This document shows positions 53,241 through 64,000 of a stretch of DNA of 64,000 nt, piece by piece. The notes below the pieces were generated by a model. The model saw only the letters and a list, made by a program, of their open reading frames with translations, had not been told where the DNA came from and ran no database searches. Position 1 is the first letter of the stretch; every line of letters starts with the position of its first letter. Source of the stretch: Octopus bimaculoides (Eukaryota); the NCBI RefSeq assembly GCF_001194135.2, contig NC_068982.1, positions 178,781,002-178,845,001 of the forward strand. The letters are read 5' to 3'. The position numbers and the translations under genes are program-made.

Positions 53241-55544
53241 GAGAAAAATATAGATACAAAAATTCAAAGCTTAAATTTAAATTATCTGTTGCAAATGACA
53301 TGAACATCGCAACAAAGGGGATAGCAATTTTCACCTGCTTTTGAGATTATTATAATTTCATTTTATATGATATGCTGAATGTCTGGATGTTAAAACAGAT
53401 GGTGAAAGTAGTTTCCTTCCGTGACAACCGTTGCACGGTTCTTCAAAATTATGTTATTTTGAGGTTTCGTGCGAACGTTATGTAGGCATAACACACAAAC
53501 ATGTATTCTATAGGTGAGGCAATATAAAAAATGTAAATGAACGGATTTTCTGAAATTAACATGGAACATATCTGTTTCGTTTTTGACCTTGTGTCTTGGT
53601 ACTTATCTGAGGAATCATAGTTTTACCTGCATCTTAAACATTTGTGGAAGACAATATAGACAACTGTTTCTATGAACACAGAGATGTATGGATCTCTATT
53701 TGTGTTAAATTATCTCGTATGACACCCAGTATATATAACTGATGATTAAGTCTTCTATCAGGATATACATGTTTTACATATAATTACAAGAGAATCAATA
53801 CTGAATGGATACAATTTAAATTTGCTACTGACAGATTCGTGTATAAGATTGGAATTTGTACATCATTTATTATACATAAAATAATTATATATCTATTATG
53901 TACAAAAGGATTGAATTCTAATATAGCACTATTCGTATTTATTTATCTGTGAATAATCTTAAGTTACATCAGCAATTTAATATTTTTTAATAAATTTGGT
54001 TTGTTATTCAAGTACATGCAGTTCTAGTTAGTAAGTGTGTATTCAAGTGAAAGGTATCTTAAATAAGGTGACTTATGCTGCTCTTAATCCCATCTTTTCC
54101 CTCGTCTTTCTGCATAGGTTCTGGAAGTGAATGTCCGGCTTGTCTCACTCCAAAAAGCTATCTAACATCATACAGAGTTATCCTTCGTGCTAAATATATA
54201 TCCATTAATGTTGTTTTCTTACTCTATTTTGAACGCGGAAATATTTAGCTATAAATATTCGTCCCGATAACTTCGTTTTATACTTTAATTGTATATCGTA
54301 TTAACATTACTCATGATAGTTTAATTAACGTAACGTTCAACAATATATTAGACATGTTACCAGAATTACTATTTAATATATATTTAACGTATATTCAGTC
54401 CTATATTCCACACGGTATTCACTATACTGAAGTTCGTTTCATAATAACTCAACATCTATTGTGATTTCTGTATGTGTTTAATTAAAATTCTAGCAAAAAA
54501 ATTTTTTAACTCAATAAACTTTACTTAATAACCCTAATATTGTATTAATACTGTTATCTAGTGGAATAAATCCATTTCATTCGGATATTATCAATGAACG
54601 CAGCTTGATTTAATTTATATTTTTGTGTTATATTAATTGAAAATCCCAATTTATTACATAAATATTAAATTTTAAGAATGACCTCCGAAAATATTAGGTA
54701 TTATGATGGACGATGTTTACCAAGTCTTCTTAAATCTGATATTGAAATATTCATCACTACTACCATGTAGTTAAACATATTTAGCCTATAATTAAAAGAA
54801 ATGCAGCATCTACTTCAAACCTGCTACTGCATGGTGACAAGAATAGAAGACCTATATACCGACATTAACACTCAACTCATAACAATATATTTTGATCCAT
54901 TCAAACTACATTTCACTTTATATAACAAGTGCATTGTAAGGTTTAGCGTTTCATATTACGTGGTTAACACGGAACAAAAGGAAAATGCTGAGATATTATG
55001 TTTGAAAGGTGACAGACTATGCATTGTTGAACTTACTGATATCAGAACATGTCAAACTCTTTCAGATACATTTTATTTAGTATGTAAATATTTTAGTGCA
55101 TGTCACATTTCTAGCAAGTGTCATTCCTTCTATAACAAAGTAAACATATTCAACCTGTATTCAATACAGGTGGCACTGTACAAAAAATTAAAAGAAATAT
55201 GTATCACACACACACACATACACACACACACGCACACACACCTAGTATACATATTACACATATACATATATGTATATATGAGTGTGTGTGCGTATTTATG
55301 TATGTGTGTATGTACGTGTTAGTGTTTTTATTCATGTACTGTAAACTCCGCTTAATACTCCTTAGCATTACCTAAGAAATATTCTTTTCAGCTTTACCTG
55401 GTGATTTCCATTAAACCACTAATGGCACAGCATATACCATCAATCACCAGATCTATTAATATGGCAACAGAACCTATATCTCCCTCTTCCTATTGCACCA
55501 CAACCTCATCATTCGCACTACTACTTCCACTACGACCATCACTC

Positions 55545-55707
55545 CTATCCAGCAGTGAGAAATCACTTTGCTTATCACCGCCAGAATTTCAGTTCTACAA
55601 TTCACCCACTAACATCAGTGATCTATTGAATTCAACAAGTCCAGAACCTGTGAGATCCTCACTAACTCTCAGTCGAACCACTTCTACAACAACAGTGGCC
55701 AAATCAC
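55545..55707. repeat. 163-bp dispersed direct repeat, copy 2
   Basis: See 52133-52295. Confidence 0.9.
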
Positions 55708-56989
55708 TCAGTTCAGAAACTTCCATAAACGACAAACACTCCCCTTTTTCCCACGCGAATAAACGAACTCTTACAATCTATTACTATTTCCAACGTTGCA
55801 TACTTTACAATATAACTGTATTTTCACGATTTTTCTATGAGCTACACTCACAATTAAGAGACATACTGTTAACCAATAGGATACATACACAAAAATATCT
55901 GCATAATGTATCCTTTCACCAATAAATAATTCAATCTTGCCATATTCACTCTCTATTTAGATATCCTAAAGTGCAGTAAGTACATAAATCTACCAGGTGT
56001 TACAGCAAAACTGATCCGGTACCTTCCTACAACTCAGGAAATGATTAGGTATTCAGTAGAAACAAAAGTAGCAATTGTGACGTATGAAGTAGCGCACCGA
56101 CAACTCTAGAGACTCTAGATATCAATTGTTCACTAAAAAAAAAAAAAGAAATCTTTTTGAGCATTTTAATCTCACAAAAGAAACCCAGCAAGCGCTGTAG
56201 TTATAACACAGCATCAGCCTCGACTGTGATCTCAGTGCAGAAAGTACTCGCAGTGCTGCCACTAAACGAGAATGACCACAGTGCAAGTCTCACGAAGTGA
56301 CGTAGTCACCTTATCATAGATTTTTAAGTCAGATTTACTAGGCATTAACTCATTTATCAATGCACAAAAGTAGATTTCATATATTAAGTGTTAGGTAGCT
56401 GAATAGTTACAGTCTAATTCTTTCTGTAAGCCATCTCAACATTTTCTACCCTGATGCCGGGTTAAAGAATTCTAGCGCATTAGTACGAATCGATCAGGCC
56501 GAAGATATGGAAGAGGTACGATTTACTTCCATGATCCCATGTCTAATAGGGAAAGTATTTTTTTTTACTACCTATTGTACATCGGTGTCTCTCAACAACA
56601 AGGCTATTGAGCTCTCTTTAGAAGCTACCTCATGTCTCTACTCTGCTTTCATGAGTTTCTTATAAAATTAAATGTTCTTATGTAGAAATGCGACTATAGA
56701 AAAATATAAATGAAAGGTGAATTTAATACCCCCTTTCAGAATTGGTCAACACATACTATGAAATCAGGAACTCACATCAACCACAGATAGCAGCAGAAAA
56801 TAGTAGAAACACTTTTCAGTTTCATAGACATCTTTTCTTTGGTCTCAACTCGTGCTCAACCAAAGATACAAAGAACGTTTTGGACTTAGTGTTAAGCTAC
56901 TATGTTAGTAATATTAATTTTATTCCTGTTCTTAAATTCTTCTCTGTGTAGCCTCATTTTTGATCATCCAAAACCACTGATACTAGCCG

Positions 56990-58610
56990 ACACATTTAAC
57001 ACCATGCATTAGCACAAAGAAAACTGGAGTGCAATCGTACATGACATATCACCTGTTGACTGGTGTTCCATTCATATCAAAGAATCCCTCCAGCTATTTG
57101 AGGATACCGTTATTAATGCACTCTAAAATCAAGTCCCTAGCTGATCCGGAATAAAAAGAGATGCAGACATCCATGAAATGTAAAAAAAATTCATTGGGAA
57201 AACAAAAAAGGCTTTAAAAATATCAATCGGCTAGAATGCCGTCAGCAGCACTGTTAGGATTGTAATAACAACTTTCGAATTGGCAAAAAAACATTATCTC
57301 CAGAGTAGCATAAGGGAAATCATTAACAATTAAAATGTAAATGAGAAAAGACCGGGTTACTGAGAAAATTAGGCATCTCATAATTTTCTACATATTTGCT
57401 AGAAACCAAAAAAAAATTGGTCAATTTGGTCCATCGGCTCACTGATTTACGAAAACATTCTGCCTAGTGACAGCAAAGACTTAAGAGAAATTTTACAGAA
57501 GTCTGCTGTTCTGTTTTCAGTGATTTTGTATTAATGAAGTAAAGTCTTAGTTTCTTTCTGACGGATCTGTCGGCGCCAAGGCAAATATAGTGGCAAAAAA
57601 TATAATTGAAGTTAAGCTAAATTGATTAAGCCAAGTTAAATGGGTTTTCTGCTCGTATCTTGAAGAAGTGCCAGCGTCAACTTGAATCTGCCATGCTAAT
57701 TCCTGTATGAGATTCTCAGATATAGGTAGTATACATGAAGATGTCTGTCATCCCACGCCAGATGTTACTAATCTGTTATATCAATAAGTTATCTGAGAAG
57801 GTGGCGAGATTAGAAATATTATACTCTAAAAAACAACAGTTTTCTAAATAACAATAGCATAATTTTTATGAAGGCATAAAATGTTTGATATAGTGCCTGG
57901 GCTACTTTAATGACATTTTAAGTGCCTAGTGTGAGGGCTCCAACACGGATAGTATATACTTTGAATTTAGAATATCCTTTAAAAGTGTCAAATCCAGCAT
58001 TCTGTGGAAGAAATAATCTACCGCTGATATCTGCGGAAAGGTACTACAGTAGATTTATTGTTACATAATTTGTGGTGTCTCACAACGTGCGCTGTTAGCC
58101 CACATCTCTTCATTATCTATGTTACAGATGTTGCATGTGTAAACTCAGTAACGTAACATGTTTTTGAAGATGATTAAGTTTCTGAGTAGCAGATCGGACA
58201 GAACTCCAATCTGGCTTATACCTTGTGTGACAATGGGTATTGAAAAATACAGGCTATTAAACGAGTTGGAGATTGAGCTCATCTACTTTGAAAATAGAGA
58301 TGTAATTAAACAGCGAATACAGTTCCCCCCAGGATAGCTCCACGTCGTGTCAAATGATATTAGAGACACATGTTTAATGTCAACAAGTAACTATGCTGGA
58401 ATGCACACATATAGAGGGAAGTGGATATGTCCACAGAATGTGCTGTTAATCCTTTAAACTATTCGGACTAGAAATTCTGGTATCATCATTATTAAAGTTT
58501 CTACTTTTGCTCGTTCTCGTCTTGAATATCGTTCTCCTCTGTGGTTTATTCATACCAAACAAAGTGTTATAAATTGAATCATGTGTGAGCTATGCTCGAA
58601 ATGTTAACGT
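56990..58610 (+). mobile_element. Degenerate CR1-group LINE ORF2 relic
   Basis: GVSQRALL/PHLFIIYVTDV (decayed GVPQGSVLGPLLFIIYINDL, about 58075-58130), FEDD (decayed FADD), TFARSRLEYRSPLW (decayed xVRPxLEYCSPVW, about 58505-58545); the 5' boundary is uncertain. Confidence 0.7.
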
Positions 58611-58883
58611 CCCATTCTTTTTTCCATCTTTACTGGGCGTCAAGCTAATGCATTCTACATGTATGTCCTCTTGTTTTGCTATTTCATATTTTTAATGCTC
58701 GATTGTTAATGACACACTTTTAATATTCGATTTGACTATACATATATATATACATACATGCATACATACATACATACATACATACATACATACATACATG
58801 CATACAAAAGATAACTGGTTTACGGAAGACCATCAATCATGTAATGATGCTTATTGTATGCGAACAAGTAAATNNNNNNNNNN

Positions 58884-61390
58884 CATCAATCATGTAATGA
58901 TGCTTATTGTATGCGAACAAGTAAATCACTATACGTCCCACCAACAGAAAGTAAAGAAGGAGATAGAAATGATGTTTGGAGACAGCAAAAAGAGGACACT
59001 CACTTGCAAACTGATTACCCTAAAGAAGGAGCTAGAAGCTGTCAGTGAAAAACTCTGACATCAGAAAAGAATAACCGAGAGAAGAACAATAAAAAAAATT
59101 AACCGCCACCAGGCAGCAGTATACAGACATGAGAGGAGGAGCAGTAAATATCAAGGAAGCCCCTTCACGAGAAGACATAGTCTCCTCCTGGAGAAAAATC
59201 TGGAGTGAAGAGAAGGAATTTAACCAAGGTGCTCTGTGGCTGGACGAAATGCGAAAAAGCTATTGCGCTTGCGTTACATCCATGACAAACAACATTGGTG
59301 GTGAAACTCTTGCAACTGTGATCCAGAAACTCCAAGATGGAAAGCACCCGGAAGAGATTTGATTGTTGGATATTGGTACAAGAAGTTAACATTCTACTCA
59401 TCATATCTTATCAATCTGTACCAGCAAGCTTTCATTGAGAACAGTAGCATACCGTACTGGTTAGTTCTGGCAGAGACGAAATTGATCCCCAAATGCAGAA
59501 CCACCCACATGGCAAGAAACAAAACAAAAAAAAAAAACTACCGAGCAATTGCATGCCAAAACTTAAGGTATAAGATATATACAGTATGTTTAAAACCTCT
59601 TCCTCCAGAACCATTGTGAAACCAATAACATTATCACAGCAGAACAAGCAGCTGGAAAGAAGAGAGTCTGGGGACGTGCCAAGCAATTCTTAATCAACAA
59701 AACTGTGATGTCAGAGGTGCGAAACAGATACACCCAAATTACGTACTGTTTCTTTGTAGATGACTTAAACTTTATGCAAAGAATATGCATGAGATGAAAA
59801 AGAGCCTTGACCTAGATACAACATTTTCAAAGGATGTAGGGTTGGAGTTTGGTCAGGATAAATGTTGTTACGTGGTTGTGAAAATGGGAAAAACTATAAA
59901 CCAGGCTAGTAACATCTCTATCAATGAATTGATTGTTTCCTCTATCTGACGAGGGATGTTACAGGTACCTAGAGGTGGATGAAAATATATGTTGCAATGG
60001 CGCTTGTAACAAATCACGTGTCATTAAAGAATTATAGCCGAATAAAGAAAAGTTGAACCTAAGAACTCTCTGCCGTTAATAAAACTGTAGCCCACATGTT
60101 TACAGTGCCAGTACTCATACCAACATTTCGGCTGATTGATTGGACGGTTGATGGGATCCGAGCCATTGATGGGAAAACCCGGAAAATACTAACAAGCACA
60201 GATAATATTTTCCACATAAACAGTGACGTAGACCGCCACTACCTCAAACGAAAAGAAGGTGGCAGAGGCTTAACATCGATCCAAAATGCCTTTGATTGTC
60301 GCATCATATCCCTTCGGGAACATCTTTTAACCACCGAGTGTCGATGTCCATCCCTTGAACAAGTTTGCATACAAGAGAATGATAACATCATAAGACTTGG
60401 AAGGCAGCTCTTTGAGTAACACGCTTTGTCTGATAACCTAGAATACATGCCCAAAGAAGTCGACTCTAACGCAACATATCATCCGATGAAGGGAAGAGTC
60501 TATATGAGCAGAAGACTATGCGTGCATATGCTAGAAGTTTGTTCCGTGATGATAGTAATATCGCTCATCAAAGCAGTTTATCATGGACCAATAGATATAT
60601 TAATACCTCCCATTTTGAAGGATATGCGTTTGCAATCCAGGAACAGGAATTATCAACCAAGTACCTGATGCGCAAAAGAGATAGAGATGCAAGAAAAGCA
60701 GGAAAATGTGACAACCGATGCAGACTTTATTGTGTTCACACTGAAGATATCACCCACATCATAACTAGCTGTCCGAAAATGTCATCACGGTATTATCTAC
60801 CGATGAAACATGACGTTGTAGCTAGAACACTCTATAATGAAATCCGTCGGAAGAATAATCCTGAGGACAAAGAAATAAAGACCCCGCAATATAGTAGAAG
60901 CCATAGCCACTCATAATTAAAAGGGATATTGGTTGAATGTACCAGTGAAGACCTCAATATAATGTAAGCACAACAGACCTGATATAAAGATTTGAGATAG
61001 AGAAGAGAGGCTATGCTCAATTGAGGAAATTAGCTGCCAAGTGGATGTTAACTTAAAGCGGAAGATCATTGAAAATTAGAAAACCTATGCCGAACTATTG
61101 AGAAATCTGCAGTTACTCAATGACATTCAATATCTTATATGACACTCAAATAGCTACAAGAACTATTCAAATAACTGTGCAAAGAAAATGAATCTAAAGT
61201 ATTCCTAATATCATAGTAATTCTTCAAATCTCTGCTCCCTATATAAGATCGTTCTGTAAAAAGCACTGCTATTTGTTTTTCTTCGTGCAACACTTACACA
61301 CAACACAAAACCTTATTTTCAACACTTCTGCATGCAACCTGAAGAACAACCCTCGAAGAACAAAAATTTGTATTTAGCTCACACCTGATG
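58884..61390 (+). mobile_element. R4-like RLE non-LTR retrotransposon relic (RT, CCHC knuckle, RLE, 3' UTR)
   Basis: AIACQNLRYKIYT; FVDDLK/LYAK; EFGQDKC; DGKTRKILT...SDVDRHYLKRKEGGRGL; AIQEQELSTK; CRLYC..TEDITHIITSCP...HD.V; HNRPD...EEISCQVDVN; frameshifted, with internal deletions. Confidence 0.9.
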
Positions 61391-62391
61391 GTGACCCTTT
61401 CAATGCGCACAATGTACTTCGCAGCTATCTCCTGTCTTAACCGCTATTCAGTAATTAATTACCCCTCTAATCCATGATATACCTCGTTTAAGTAAATCGT
61501 GCAGTGATGTGTTGTACAATGAAATCTAGAAAAAATTTCTGACTGTACCAACTGTTGTTAATCAATATAGTTTCAATGTGAAATCTGCAAAATTTGACAC
61601 TTTTAGAAATAATGTGATCATTAGGGGATGTAATATCGTACAATTTATAGTGAAATCGATGTCAAATGCCATAACATTAGATGTCAGTAAGGAAGGCCAG
61701 ATATTAAAATAATGAATTAAATCAACACGTAACAAATCACAGAGAAAGGGCTTGGATAGCACTAATGTATACGTCATTTCACGCATTTAGTGAATCCAGT
61801 AACCCATTGGGAATTAAATTAATGGATTAGCTGCTTCGCTTTTAATGATGTGACTCGAAGCAGATAAAGCTATAAAATTTTGTAAATATTGCGATATAAA
61901 AAAATCTATATCCCTGATAGGATTCGAACTACAAATCTATTACTTACTGCTTTGTCGTCTACACCACAGAATAGCTGCAACTACTTTTCGAATAACTTCT
62001 CTCCCGTATACATTATACAATTTTACCTTGAAATTTATCTTGTTTTCCAGATAATTTGACAGTCATTTGGTGTTACTAATGATCTTGGTATGATGTTTGT
62101 CACGATAATTATTTTTCCGCTGTCTGCCGTTCATATTTGAGATATAATAATTGGTCATATTTTGTAATAAATTTCGAATCGAGGTAAGACCCATCACTAT
62201 ATTCTTAATGAGTAGAGTAGTTAATCGGGTTGAATCTAAGCCCCAATCTATCTCTGAAACAAGCGGGATAGTTGTAAAAATGCAGCAAGCAATATTAGTA
62301 GCGCAAGCAACCGATATGCAGTTGATATTTAATTACAGCCTGTTGGTATGTTCCTAGTTTCGTAATTTGAAATTGGTACATATAGTGTCTA

Positions 62392-62966
62392 GGATCTATT
62401 TTAAAACGGGGGCCACATTTTTCATTAATGTTTTACGTAGTGTTTTTGGTACGGAAAGACTTTCAAACTTCGTATACTTATCTATTTTGTGTTATAGAAC
62501 AGAAAAACATTTTTGTATTCGAATTTATTTCATGTAAAAAATTGTCTTATTTCGATAATTTCAACCAATCACTGACAAGTATTCAGTTGTTTACATTTGC
62601 TCTTTTGGCTGATTAAGCGATGTAAAGCGTATTTAATCTCCATACCTCCGTTTTATTTGCTTTTTTCATTTTAAATTTGCTTTAACCTTAATCCTAACCC
62701 CAACCCTACGGTTAGGGTTAGGGTTAATTGTTTCAAAATCGTTTGTTTATGTAGTCGGCACTTAATGTATATCCGCTGAATGGACGTCAGTGATTGGTTG
62801 AAATTATAGAAATACGACAACTTTAGCATGGAATAACTTATGGATTTCTTTTTTTTTTAAAGAAGACTAAGAGAAAAAGATGTTTTATATGACACATTCT
62901 ACCAGTGTTCCAAGTTTCAAAGTGTTTCGTTAATGAAAAATGTGGCCCCCGTTTTAAAAAAGATCC
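62392..62966. mobile_element. 575-bp non-autonomous DNA transposon (MITE) with 37-bp TIRs and an 8-bp TSD, Merlin-like
   Basis: TIRs 62392-62428 and 62930-62966 match at 36 of 37 positions and start GG; TSD agtgtcta at 62384-62391 and 62967-62974. Confidence 0.9.
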
Positions 62967-62989
62967 AGTGTCTAATATCACCAGTTAGG

Positions 62990-63162
62990 AAGGCGGCAAA
63001 CTGGTATTTCGTCGTTCAGAGTTAAATTCCAGCGAGGTAGACTTTGCCTTTCATCGTTTCGGGGTCGATAAATTAAGTACCAACGAAACACTGGGGTCGA
63101 TGTAGTCGACTAGTCCCTCCACCAAAAACTTTCAGGCCTTGTGCTTTCAGTAGAAAGGAATA
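62990..63162 (+). mobile_element. SINE family A copy with head deletions
   Basis: aaggcggc...gagttaaattcc..gaggtagactttgcctttcatc..tcggggtcgataaattaagtacc...ggccttgtgc...gtagaaag. Confidence 0.85.
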
Positions 63163-64000
63163 TTACCTGTAGGTGAAATATTTACAACAGAAGGCGTTTC
63201 ATCAATGTAGTGAAGTTTTGCTGAACTCTTAGGAATCGAACATAGAAAAATTTAGATATGCAAGTTAATTTAAACACTTAGCTATGAGCTTACGAAGCAA
63301 ACCTCAATTTTCCGATACTTCTGACGTTTCATTGCTTCTTCATAATTATACAAGAGGGGAATTAACCTTTATGGCTTGGCCATGGGAAATTTGTCGTAGG
63401 AATCATCTATCATATTATTGATGGCCATGGATACTATCAATTTAACCTTCTGTAACTGTTGAACATCTAAACTAAAGACAAAACAACAATGTTGAAATCT
63501 TACGTCAACGAATGTCATAGTAATATGTAAAAGTTTTAAGAATGAGATTATGAAAAAACCACTAGTACTGTCTTCTTACATTACAGAAATTAACATTGGT
63601 ATGTTACAACAAAAGTAATAATATTAACTGGTATCAAAAAAGAATACATATGCTTAATATAACCGACATGCCTAAGAAGAAAGCGAATACGGAATATCAA
63701 TAAAAATATTACTTCTGCTGCATAAAGGAAAAATAGCTATCCTTCGCCAATAATATATACAATATACAACTAGTTTTCGTCTAATTCCTGGACAGCACTA
63801 ATCAAGTGCATTTGTGATCAAATGTGTTATAGCCATGAAAAAGCTTATGTTTTCCATGCAACTGATTTATCTAATATGTCCTTTTAACACAGGGAAGTCT
63901 GATTTGAGGAGTATTTGATCGTTATTTCTAAAAGGCGCCCAAGTGATTATGTAAGGTGCTCATACGTTAGTGTGTATGCAGATAATTTTACGAACATACT

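Noticed and set aside
55401-55925. 174-aa ORF as a bona fide gene
   Set aside because: Low-complexity S/T/P sequence with no recognisable domain, and substitutions against its duplicate show no codon-position bias
58831-58926. 43-bp exact direct repeat (58831-58873 and 58884-58926)
   Set aside because: The copies sit on either side of a 10-N gap, typical of unmerged overlapping contig ends
62683-62726. Inverted telomeric repeats as a chromosome-fusion relic
   Set aside because: The order is (CCCTAA)n then (TTAGGG)n, the opposite of an end-to-end fusion, and the motif lies inside a TIR/TSD-bounded MITE

Overview
AT-rich, gap-riddled eukaryotic DNA from a draft assembly. The SINE families and the density of (TA)/(CA)/(TACA)/(GATA) microsatellites suggest an octopus; this is my recognition, not a database result. 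I find no supportable host protein-coding gene, tRNA/rRNA gene or CRISPR array, so the window looks intronic or intergenic. It is a fossil bed of transposable elements: three tRNA-derived SINE families (here A, B, C); non-LTR retrotransposon relics of the Tx1/L1, CR1, R4-like, HERO/NeSL-like and probably RTE groups; a Penelope-like RT interrupted by two inverted SINEs; the 3' half of a Gypsy element with PPT and LTR; mariner and DD37D(maT)-type transposase relics; and MITEs, including a 575-bp element with 37-bp TIRs and an 8-bp TSD. Most long ORFs in the track are artefacts of N-runs and microsatellites. The most novel leads are degenerate hammerhead-ribozyme-like folds (3' end of the HERO-like LINE, plus one isolated core), inverted SINE pairs that could form ADAR substrates, a SINE dimer bounded by one TSD, and a MITE carrying a telomere-repeat hairpin. 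Boundaries of degenerate elements are approximate.
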